From Eledone cirrhosa (lineage: Eukaryota), in the NCBI GenBank assembly GCA_964016885.1, contig OZ024763.1, positions 4,898,001-4,962,000 on the forward strand: 64,000 nucleotides of DNA, in the 5' to 3' direction. This document shows positions 52,870 to 64,000 of the stretch, piece by piece (position 1 is the first letter of the stretch; each line of letters opens with the position of its first letter). Made by a program: the position numbers and the translations under genes. Below the pieces are notes generated by a model. It did not search any database, was not told the origin of the DNA, and was given only the letters and a program-made list of their open reading frames with translations.

Positions 52870-54072
52870 AAACTCCTCTCACAATTCATGAGGGTTCATA
52901 AGTTAATCCTGGGAGGGTTGTGGGCGCAGAGTCCTCAAACACTCCTTCCAGCAGGTCCTGTCAAAGCTCACAGATTTTATCCAACCATCTTGCTCAGGGT
53001 GTAGCCCTGGGTCTTCTGCCAGTTGGTTTTGCCCATAAAATCTGTCCAGTGATTCTTTCCTGAGACATTCTAACCCCATGTCCATAGTATCAGATCTGTG
53101 ATCTCTCAAATCTGTCCAGTGATTCTTTCCTGAGACATTCTAACCCCATGTCCATAGTATCAGATCTGTGATCTCTCAAATCTGTCCAGTGATTCTTTCC
53201 TGAGACATTCTAACCCCATGTCCATAGTATCAGATCTGTGATCTCTCAAATCTGAGCAGTGATTCTTTCCTGAGACATTCTAACCCCATGTCCATAGTAT
53301 CAGATCTGTGATCTCTCAAATCTGAGCAGTGATTCTTTCCTGAGACATTCTAACCCCATGTCCATAGTATCAGATCTGTGATCTCTCAAATCTGAGCAGT
53401 GATTCTTTCCTGAGACATTCTAACCCCATGTCCATAGTATCAGATCTGTGATCTCTCAAATCTGTCCAGTGATTCTTTCCTGAGACATTCTAACCCCATG
53501 TCCATAGTATCAGATCTGTGATCTCTCAAATCTGAGCAGTGATTCTTTCCTGAGACATTCTAACCCCATGTCCATAGTATCAGATCTGTGATCTCTTAAA
53601 TCTGAGCAGTGATTCTTTCCTGAGACATTCTAACCCCATGTCCATAGTATCAGAGCTGTGATCTCTCAAATCTGAGCAGTGATTCTTTCCTGAGACATTC
53701 TAACCCCATGTCCATAGTATCAGATATGTGATCTCTCAAATCTGAGCAGTGATTCTTTCCTGAGACATTCTAACCCCATGTCCATAGTATCAGATCTGTG
53801 ATCTCTCAAATCTGAGCAGTGATTCTTTCCTGAGACATTCTAACCCCATGTCCTTAGTATCAGAGCTGTGATCTCTCAATACAGAGAAGTAGCAGCTCCA
53901 CCTGGAGTCACTCTCTGATCTCCGAGCTATACACTCTATTGAGTAACATTACTCCAAAGACCTTTCGGAGGAATCCCATTTTAGCTGCTTGTATTCCCAA
54001 ATGTATTCTTTCAGTCATTACCCAAGATTCATGACCATAGGTAAGGCTTGGCACAAATACTAAATTGAAGAT
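52870..54072 (-). pseudogene. Degenerate RTE LINE 3' fragment (second family); relatives at 26745-27085 (-), 32300-32480 (+), 32549-32970 (+)
   Basis: FVPSLTYGHESWVMTERI...IQAAKMGFLRKVFGV...SSEIRE is the post-RT region of RTE ORFs. Confidence 0.85.
53038..53880. repeat. 70-bp tandem repeat, about 12 copies, inside an RTE fragment
   Basis: Period 53041, 53111; flanks are colinear LINE sequence. Confidence 0.96.
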
Positions 54073-54950
54073 TTTGTGTATGTGTGTGTGCGTGTGTGTG
54101 TGTGCATATGTGCATGTATGTGTGTGTGTGTGTCTCTGTGTGTGTGTCTCTATGTGTGTGTGTGTATGTATGTGTGTGCATGTGTGTGTGTGTGTGTGTG
54201 TATGTATGTGTGTGCATATGTGTGTGTGCATGTGTGTGAGTGCATGTGTGTGTGTATGTGTCCATATGTGTGTGTGTGTGTGTGTGTGTGTGTCTGTGTG
54301 CATGTGTGTGTGTGCATGTGTGTGTGTGTGTGTGTGTGAAAATGTTAAAAATGGACAGACAGAAATATAATATATAAATATAGTAAGAGACAGATTCGTG
54401 GATGTTATCCCACCATCTTGCTTGGGGTCAACCTATGGGTTAACCTCTGGGTCACCTGCTGGTTGGTTTTGCCCATAAAATCTGTCCAATATATAAAAGA
54501 ATCTTAGAAGATTAGCGTGGGAAATCCTGTAATGAGTATAACTTAGTATGGGGGCAGGACTCCGCAGAGATGAACCATATTAGATAACCTATAAATAGAT
54601 ACGGGGCTAGTGGGATATGGGCCACACCATAGGGGAGACTGTAAGCTATTCCACATTCACATGCATGGACATATACACACAGACATAAGTACACACATAT
54701 GTACACACACACATATGTACACACACACATACACTAACACACATATATATATATATAGACATACACATACGCACATAGGTCTACATGCACACACACACAC
54801 ACAGACAGACACATGCACACACACACACACAGACACATGCACACACACACACACAGACACATGCACACACATGTACATACATAGATACATGTACATATAT
54901 AGACATACATATATACATATACACACATAGGCATATATACACATACACAC

Positions 54951-57221
54951 TGGAGAAGAAAGATCTGGAAGCTGAAAGTCCCCTCAACCAGTAACAGATT
55001 TAAAGATATTTTACTCAACGCCTACGACAGTAAAGAAGAACAGATAGAGACATTTAACGTAGAAGAGAACTGGGAGTTCCTAAAAAATAACTTACTAGAG
55101 GCGACGGATGAGGTTTGTGGCTGGAGTAAGACCTCAAGCAGGAGGAGAGTGACTTGGTGGTGGAACAATAAGGTAGATGAAGCAGTCAAGGCCAAGAGAC
55201 AGGCATGGAAAGAATGGAAGAACGGGGGGAGCAGGGTACATTACATAGAGACCAAGAGGGAAGCTAGGCGACAAGTATACTTAGCTAGGAGGGAAGCAGA
55301 GGATAGAAAATTCAAGCATGTTTTACAACGTGAGGACCAGAAACAGGAGGTATTCAAGATTGCGAGGCAGTGTGTCAGAGATAGTTGTGATGTCATTGGA
55401 GAGAAGTGTATCCGGAATGATAAAGGTGAGCTTGCCCTCACAAGTGCTGAGAAGAAAGATGCATGGAAGAGTCATTATGATAGATTACTAAATGAGGAGA
55501 ATGCATGGGAAGAAGAGACCCTACCCCACGTAGACCCTATAGAGGGACCAGCAGTACAAGTCAGCGGCAGCGTAGTAAGTAAGGCAATCAGAGATATGAA
55601 GATAGGGAAGGCAACCGGTCCATCGGGTATAGCTGCCGAGATGCTGAAGGCATCTGGGTCTGTAGGTCACACTATAACCACACGTATCGTTAACCAGGTA
55701 ATACTAGAGGGGGCCATACCAAAAGATTGGTGCAGTAGCATCATTGTCAACTGCTACAAAGGTAAAGGCGATGCACTAGATAGAGGAAACTATAGAGGTA
55801 TAAAGTTGATGGACCAGGTCATGAAAGTAACAGAAAGAGTTATAGCACAGCTGATTAGGGACCGGGTGAATATAGACGAGATGCAATTTGGGTTTGTACC
55901 AGGGAAAGGCACCGCTGATGCGCTCTTCCTTGTGAGGCAATTACAGGAAAAGTACCTAGCTAAAAGTAAGCCACTCTACTTGGCATTTGTCGACCTTGAG
56001 AAAGCCTTTGACAGAGTTCCACGTGCAGTAATCTGGTGGGCTCTTAGAAAACTAGGAGTAGATGAATGGCTTGTGAAAGCGGTACAAGCCATGTATAGGG
56101 GAGCAGTCAGCAAAGTTAGGATTGGCAATGAGTATAGCGAGGAATTTAGCGTACAGGTTGGGGTCCACCAGGGCTCTGTTCTTAGCCCTCTCCTGTTCAT
56201 CATAGTCCTGCAGGCAATAACGGAGGAGTTTAAGACCGGATGCCCATGGGAACTCCTGTATGCTGATGACCTCGCACTCATAGCTGAATCTATGGTAGAA
56301 CTAGAGAATAAATTCCAAACCTGGAAGCAGGGACTAGAGAGAAAGGGCCTCAAAGTCAACATGACAAAGACTAAGGTCCTTATAAGTAGACGAGAAAACA
56401 GAACCCAGATCCCCTCAGGGAAATGGCCTTGCTCAGTATGTAGGAAAGGTGTAGGTAGGAACTCCATTCTTTGCCCCAAATGCAAACAATGGGTACACAA
56501 GAGATGTAGCGGGATCTCAGGAAGCTTAATTAAGAATGTAGGATTCACATGCAGCAGCTGTGCTGAAACAGCAAGCAAACAGCCACAGGAAACAAGTACC
56601 ACCAATCTCTGGGAGGGCCCTGTAGAAACAGTAGACAGCTTCTGCTACCTAGGTGACCGAATTAGCAACGGAGGTGGGTGCTCAGAAAGTACAATAACTA
56701 GGGTAAGAACGGGATGGAAGAAGTTTAGGGAACTACTACCACTGCTAGCTGCAAAAGGCTTCTCCCTCAGAATGAAAGGCAGACTGTATGATGCGTGTAT
56801 CCGAACAGCGATGTTGCATGGTAGTGAGACCTGGGCGCTGAAGGTGGAAGACTTACCTAGATTAGAGAGAAACGAAGCCTGCATGCTCCGATGGATGTGT
56901 AACAGTAATATACGTGAACGACAAAGCATAAATGAATTGAGAGAGAGACTGAGCATAAGAGGAATCAAATGCTGCGTGCAGGAGAGGCGGTTACGCTGGT
57001 ATGGACATGTGATGCGTATGAAGGATGACAGCTGCATAAAAAGGTGCAGAGCACTAGAAGTTGATGGAAACCGCGGAGTGGGGAGACCCAAGATGACTTG
57101 GGATGAGGTGATAAAAGCCGACCTTACCCAACTACACCTCTCAAAGTCAATGACACACGACCGTGACTTCTGGCGTCACGCAGTAATACAGGGTACCCGA
57201 CCTCCCATGGGTACATGCTGA
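54951..57221 (+). CDS. LINE ORF remnant: reverse transcriptase plus PHD-type finger; APE endonuclease missing
   Basis: Open from the truncation point; motifs NYRGIKL, QFGF, FVDLEKAFDRV, GVHQGSVLSPLLF, YADD, C4HC3 cluster, RRLRWYGHV. Confidence 0.93.
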   Translation, partial: WRRKIWKLKVPSTSNRFKDILLNAYDSKEEQIETFNVEENWEFLKNNLLEATDEVCGWSKTSSRRRVTWWWNNKVDEAVKAKRQAWKEWKNGGSRVHYIETKREARRQVYLARREAEDRKFKHVLQREDQKQEVFKIARQCVRDSCDVIGEKCIRNDKGELALTSAEKKDAWKSHYDRLLNEENAWEEETLPHVDPIEGPAVQVSGSVVSKAIRDMKIGKATGPSGIAAEMLKASGSVGHTITTRIVNQVILEGAIPKDWCSSIIVNCYKGKGDALDRGNYRGIKLMDQVMKVTERVIAQLIRDRVNIDEMQFGFVPGKGTADALFLVRQLQEKYLAKSKPLYLAFVDLEKAFDRVPRAVIWWALRKLGVDEWLVKAVQAMYRGAVSKVRIGNEYSEEFSVQVGVHQGSVLSPLLFIIVLQAITEEFKTGCPWELLYADDLALIAESMVELENKFQTWKQGLERKGLKVNMTKTKVLISRRENRTQIPSGKWPCSVCRKGVGRNSILCPKCKQWVHKRCSGISGSLIKNVGFTCSSCAETASKQPQETSTTNLWEGPVETVDSFCYLGDRISNGGGCSESTITRVRTGWKKFRELLPLLAAKGFSLRMKGRLYDACIRTAMLHGSETWALKVEDLPRLERNEACMLRWMCNSNIRERQSINELRERLSIRGIKCCVQERRLRWYGHVMRMKDDSCIKRCRALEVDGNRGVGRPKMTWDEVIKADLTQLHLSKSMTHDRDFWRHAVIQGTRPPMGTC

Positions 57222-57520
57222 AGCATATAAACAATATGCCCCCCCCCCACCGCAAGGTGGTCGTGGAGGTGCCACGGCAAAAAAGCACCCAGCCCACACT
57301 GTAAAGTGGACGTGTAGGCGCCACGAAAAAGCACCCAGCACTCACTGTAAATGAGGTTGGTGTTAGGAAGGGCATCCAGCTGTAGAAATCAAGCCAGATC
57401 AGTTCCTGTATGAGCAAGGCATGGTCAGCCGACCAGACACTGCCCACAACAGGACAACCCGTCTAACCCATGCTAGCGTGGAAGAACGGACGTAAAACGG
57501 TGATGATGATGATGATGATG
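54951..57520 (+). mobile_element. RTE-clade LINE, 5'-truncated, with 3' UTR and (GAT)n tail
   Basis: RT ORF, 3' UTR shared with local SINEs, (GAT)n tail; possible TSD ACACACT at 54945-54951 and 57521-57527. Confidence 0.95.
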
Positions 57521-57570
57521 ACACACTACTTTAACAACATCTGGTGACCAGTTGAAGAATTTAAAAGATA

Positions 57571-57648
<78 letters not shown>

Positions 57649-57715
57649 AACCCATTAACAAAATTAGAATCAAATTTACGGTAGAGAGGTTAAAGTTTTT
57701 GTCTCCAAGACAACG

Positions 57716-60447
57716 ACATTGGTGTCACTAAAACCACCACTGGTGTCACTAAAACCACCACTGGTGCCACTAAAACCACCACTGGTGCCACTAAAACCAC
57801 CACTGGTGTCACTAAAACCACCACTGGTGTCACTAAAACCACCACTGGTGTCACTAAAACCACTACTGGTGTCACTAAAACCACCACTGGTGTCACTAAA
57901 ACCACCACTGGTGTCACTAAAACCACCACTGATGTCACCAAAACTACCACTGATGTCACTAAAACCTCCACTGATGTCACTAAAACCACCACTGATGTCA
58001 CTAAAACCACCACTGATGTTACCAAAACCTCCACTGATGTCACTAAAACCACCAATGATGTCACTAAAACCACCACTGGTGTCACTAAAACCACCAATGA
58101 TGTCACTAAAACCACCACTGATGTCACTAAAACCACCAATGATGTCACTAAAACCACCACTGATGTCACTAAAACCACCACTGATGTCACTAAAACCACC
58201 AATGATGTCACTAAAACCACCACTGGTGTCACTAAAACCACCACTGATGTCACTAAAACCACCACTGGTGTCACTAAAACCACCACTGGTGTCACTAAAA
58301 CCACCACTGATGTCACTAAAACCACCAATGGTGTCACTAAAACCACCACTGATGTCACTAAAACCACCATTGGTGTCACTAAAACCACCACTGGTGTCAC
58401 TAAAACCACCACTGATGTCACTAAAACCACCAATGGTGTCACTAAAACCACCACTGATGTCACTAAAACCACCACTGATGTCACTAAAACCACCACTGAT
58501 GTCACTAAAACCACCACTGGTGTCACTAAAACCACCACTGATGTCACTAAAACCACCACTGGTGTCACTAAAACCACCAATGATGTTACCAAAACCTCCA
58601 CTGATGTCACTAAAACCACCAATGATGTCACTAAAACCACCAATGATGTCACTAAAACCACCACTGATGTCACTAAAACCACCAATGATGTCACTAAAAC
58701 CACCACTGATGTCACTAAAACCACCACTGATGTCACTAAAACCACCAATGATGTCACTAAAACCACCACTGGTGTCACTAAAACCACCACTGATGTCACT
58801 AAAACCACCACTGGTGTCACTAAAACCACCACTGGTGTCACTAAAACCACCACTGATGTCACTAAAACCACCAATGGTGTCACTAAAACCACCACTGATG
58901 TCACTAAAACCACCATTGGTGTCACTAAAACCACCACTGGTGTCACTAAAACCACCACTGATGTCACTAAAACCACCAATGGTGTCACTAAAACCACCAC
59001 TGATGTCACTAAAACCACCACTGATGTCACTAAAACCACCACTGATGTCACTAAAACCACCACTGGTGTCACTAAAACCACCACTGATGTCACTAAAACC
59101 ACCACTGGTGTCACTAAAACAACCAATGATGTTACCAAAACCTCCACTGATGTCACTAAAACCACCAATGATGTCACTAAAACCACCAATGATGTCACTA
59201 AAACCACCACTGATGTCACTAAAACCACCAATGATGTCACTAAAACCACCACTGATGTCACTAAAACCACCACTGGTGTCACTAAAACCACCACTGGTGT
59301 CACTAAAACCACCAATGATGTCACTAAAACCACCACTGGTGTTACCAAAACCTCCACTGATGTCACTAAAACCACCAATGATGTCACTAAAACCACCAAT
59401 GATGTCACTAAAACCACCACTGATGTCACTAAAACCACCAATGATGTCACTAAAACCACCACTGATGTCACTAAAACCACCAATGATGTCACTAAAACCA
59501 CCACTGATGTCACTAAAACCACCACTGGTGTCACTAAAACCACCACTGGTGTCACTAAAACCACCACTGATGTCACTAAAACCACCACTGGTGTCACCAA
59601 AACCACCACTGATGTCACTAAAACCACCACTGATGTCACCAAAACCACCACTGATGTCCCTAAAACCACCACTGATGTCACCAAAACCACCAATGGTGTC
59701 ACTAAAACCACCACTGATGTCACTAAAACCACCACTGGTGTCACTAAAACCACCACTGGTGTCACTAAAACCACCACTGGTGTCACTAAAACCACCACTG
59801 ATGTCACTAAAACCACCACTGATGTCACTAAAACCACCACTGGTGTCCCTAAAAGCACCAATCATGTCACTAAAACCACCAATGGTGTCACTAAAACCAC
59901 CACTGGTATCACTAAAACCACCACTGGTGTCACTAAAACCACCAATGATGTCACTAAAACCACTAAATATGTCCCTAAAACCACCACTGGTGTCACTAAA
60001 AACACCATTGATGTCACCAAAACCACCAATGGTGTCACTAAAACCACCACTGGTGTCACTAAAACCACCACTGGTGTCACTAAAACCACCACTGGTGTCA
60101 CTAAAACCACCACTGGTGTCACTAAAACCACCACTGGTGTCACTAATACCACCACTGATGTCACTAAAACTACCACTGGTGTCACTAAAACCACCAATGA
60201 TGTCACTAAAACCACTAAATATGTCCCTAAAACCACCACTGGTGTCACTAAAAACACCATTGATGTCACCAAAACCACCACTGGTGTCACTAAAACCACC
60301 ACTGATGTCACTAAAACCACCAATGGTGTCACTAAAACCACCACTGGTGTCACTAAAACCACCAATGGTGTCACTAAAACCACCACTGGTGTCACTAAAA
60401 CCACCAATGATGTCACTAAAACCACTAAATATGTCCCTAAAACCACG
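57716..60447. repeat. 21-bp minisatellite, about 130 copies
   Basis: Unit GGTGTCACTAAAACCACCACT and variants. Confidence 0.97.
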
Positions 60448-60754
60448 ACTAGTGTTATTTAAGAAACACCATTAATGTTGTTATAAAATCATTGATGTTT
60501 TAAATTCCTAAAAATAGTTTTCACCCCCAAATGATAACAACCCAGGCTGTTTTTTTGTCCAATTACTAATTTAGATATGGGCTGTTGCAGTGTAAGTAGG
60601 TGGGTAAGTTTAGGTGTGTGGGTAGGTTTGTAGGAGGATGGGTAGGCTTGTAGGTGGGTGAGTAGGTTTTATTAAGCGGGCGTTATTACTATATGATTAA
60701 TTTATTTAAGTGCATAATTGGAAACAGAACATTATTGTTATCATTGTTGTTGTT

Positions 60755-60796
<42 letters not shown>

Positions 60797-60877
60797 TTTA
60801 TTATTATTATTATCATTATTAATATGTGGCGTCTCTGTGATTTTACTTCCAAGGTTTGTGAATTCGTCAACATTTTT

Positions 60878-61085
60878 CAAGGATGTACAACGTGGACTCG
60901 AACAAAGTCTCTTGAAAAGAAAATTGACAGAACTTACACAAGAGTGCTACGAGCTGCTCTGGAAATCTCCCGGAGACAACACCATATATGGAAGAACTTC
61001 TCTGTGGAAAATTTACCCTCGATATTTTACAAATGTCATCAGAGAAAGAAGAACCAGATTTGGTGACATTGTTGGCGAGCATGAG
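60878..61085 (+). pseudogene. Degenerate RTE-group LINE fragment (third family)
   Basis: GCTTWTRTKSLEKKIDRTYTRVLRAALEISRRQH.../VIRERRTRFG across frameshifts. Confidence 0.75.
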
Positions 61086-61363
61086 GGCAGTGGGTTGACA
61101 GTTATTGCTTCCCCCAAAATTGTTGGCCTTGTGGCTAAATCAGAAACCATCATTCCAATGTCAATAAAATAAAGGGCCAGAAATGAGAATGCGTCTCTAT
61201 ATAAGAAATCTACAAAGTTTCTTGACAAATGTTTCATACAAGGTTTGTCCTCGTCTCTAATTAAAATATGTTTGATTACACAATGGTTCATGAGGAGACA
61301 TGTATGTACCACTGGTGGTGAAATCTCAAACAAATATATACCATCGAAACATGTATGTGTTTA

Positions 61364-61411
<48 letters not shown>

Positions 61412-61653
61412 AACCAAAGTATCGTCTTCAATGTCTTCCTCCGGTTACAACGTTTTTTGAAATATTTACTTCTGCGTTCACAGATTGATTTTTTTAGTTT
61501 CAGAAGATCCCGTTAAGGGTGAAAGCAGTGATTCTTTGCTTAAACCTTAATCTGTTATTTTAATAAATATTTGCTTTACGGTTCTTATATATTTGATATA
61601 TATTTATCCTTATCGAGCCCTCTTTTAATTTTAGTCTTCAAATTTATTATTAT

Positions 61654-61719
<66 letters not shown>

Positions 61720-61810
61720 TCATTTTCTTAAGGCTAAATAGTGAGTCTTGTTACTCTGGAGTTTTGTCTGCTTCTCATAGGGTCATCAGACGAGAACATA
61801 CAAGATGACT

Positions 61811-61875
<65 letters not shown>

Positions 61876-62423
61876 TATATACACATGTATATACACACTA
61901 CAGACAGACAAACATGTATGTATGCATGTATATATGCATGTGTGTGCATATATATATATAGTAATAATAATAAATTTGAAGACTAAAATCCAAAGAGGGC
62001 TCGATAAGGATAAATATATATCAAATATATAAGAACCGTAGAGCAAATATTATATATATAAATGTATATATACATGTATGTATACATACATGTATATAGT
62101 CACCAACATGCAGTCATATCTCTGCACTGTATATCTACACAGACGCCATATCAGCTACTCAGGTGTCAATGTCTACATGAGATACATATATGTCTGCTTA
62201 GAGACCCTACAAAATTCCTTTTATAGTAATGATAAAATATTTAAATGCGAGCTGCATATTGTAATGTATATGGAGTGGAGTTGAGCTTCACTTGATCACA
62301 TGACACAACAGACACCCACATAAATAGAAACACATACACACATACATATATATACAAACAACAGACACACAAACACACAACTAACACATGCAGACAAAAT
62401 TAAGTTCAGGCTGAAACCCTCCA

Positions 62424-62486
<63 letters not shown>

Positions 62487-62542
62487 CATACATACATATA
62501 TATATACATACATATATATATATATATATCATCATCATTTTT

Positions 62543-62883
62543 TCATCATCATCATCATCCTTTTACCTCCGCTTTTCCCTGCTTGCAAGGGTGGGACGGG
62601 AACTGATTCTGGCTTGATTTCTACAGCTGGATGCCCTTCCTAACACCAACCTCATTTACAGTGAGTGCTGGGTGTTTTTCTGCCGTGGCACCTCCACGAC
62701 CACTTTGCAGTGGAATGATAGGGACCCCAGTCCTATCATCTCATTTCTACAGCTGAGTAAACTGGAGCAATGTGAAATAAAGTGTCTTGCTCAAGGAAAC
62801 AACACATCACCCGGTCTGAGAATTGAACTCACAACCTTTCGATTGCAAGGCCAATGCTCTAACCACTAAGCCATGTGCCTCCA
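62543..62883 (-). mobile_element. Same SINE family, full length
   Basis: Reverse complement of the 30361 copy. Confidence 0.92.
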
Positions 62884-64000
62884 TATATATATTAGGTGCC
62901 TCGACAAAAAATAAAAAAAAATACTCACAGTCCACGCTGTAATGTGGCCGTGTAGGTAACACGGTAAAAACCTCCCAGCTCCACACTGTAAATGTGGTTG
63001 GTGTTAGGAAGGGCATCCAGCCGTAGAAAGGCTGCCAGACAGTCCTATACGAGCGAGACACAGTCGCCTGACCAACCTTGCCTCAAGTGGCACAACTCCC
63101 ATCGAACCCATGCTAGTGTGGAAGATGGATGTTAAACGATGATGATGATGATGATGATACACATACATGCATATATATATATAGATAATATATACATATA
63201 TGCATAATTATAAAACCTATGTATATATATGCATATATATATGAATGTATGTATGTATATACATACATACATGCATATATACATACACATACATACACAA
63301 TTTTTGGGACATTGGTCTATGCTTTGTTGTATTCTACAACAATTTCCATATTTTAGTTCCAATCCTGACGATGGTGTACTTTAACCTAATGCACCAGATA
63401 AGTATTCTGTTAAGACCCCAATGGAAATCAACACTGATTTCTTCACCAAAAGCCTAATACAGGATTTATTTATGGACCGCAGCCTATGATTTTGTTTTTC
63501 AACCTAGATAGATTGCGTCCGTTTATTACAAACCAGATCAGAATAAAAGTTTGTTGTCGACAACAAACTTTTGAACCACTTTGATTAAATTTTAGCACTT
63601 AGATAGAAAAATATATCAAAATATATCACAAAACAACGTTTTTCCTCTGCCTGGTAGATAAATAGCTAAATATATAAATATATAAATATATAAATGTATA
63701 AACAGGCATACAAACAGAGAGACTTGTTTGATAGATAAGTAATTATGTTGGAATTGGAATGTATGGGCAGTGGGGTGGGGCAGAAATGGAGGGGAAGCTA
63801 AGATTAGTGAAATTTATGTGTCAGTATCTTAACAAACCAGATGGAGTTTTGCAGTCAGAAGTTATATCATTGCTTTCACCACTCTCAGAATCTTTCTACT
63901 GCATAATATATATTACACACACTCAGAGGCATAGCTAGGGAAGATAGCACCTATAGCAAGCAGTTAAATTGTGTACCTTCCCAAACATTTGACACTCATC

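Noticed and set aside
57676-60475. 723-918-aa ORFs
   Set aside because: 21-bp tandem repeat open in several frames with no unique coding context.

Overview
Eukaryotic, very repeat-rich, AT-rich animal DNA. The (TA)n/(CA)n/(GAT)n density and the SINE/RTE repertoire suggest a coleoid cephalopod such as an octopus (inference). One protein-coding gene runs through the window on the minus strand: a CFAP74 ortholog. I traced 18 coding exons by hand with GT-AG boundaries and continuous phase (2312 nt, about 770 codons, from the ATG at 46503 down to 1156, continuing off the window). It has a probable non-coding first exon and an RFX X-box near 48.2 kb. Nearly all long ORFs in the supplied track are microsatellite or minisatellite artefacts; the exception is a 5'-truncated, still open RTE-clade LINE ORF (54951-57221). 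Two unusual systems sit in the introns. (1) At least four distinct families of minimal hammerhead-ribozyme motifs (CUGANGA...GAAA-palindrome-UH, Penelope-type), several as head-to-head fold-back pairs inserted in (TA)n tracts. (2) A roughly 19 kb nested amplification in which an 88-bp satellite, traceable to a mariner-type MITE whose unexpanded relative is at 26.1 kb, lies in a roughly 1-kb palindrome that has itself been triplicated. Several other minisatellites trace to pieces of RTE LINEs. All calls were made by eye; no searches or folding programs were run.
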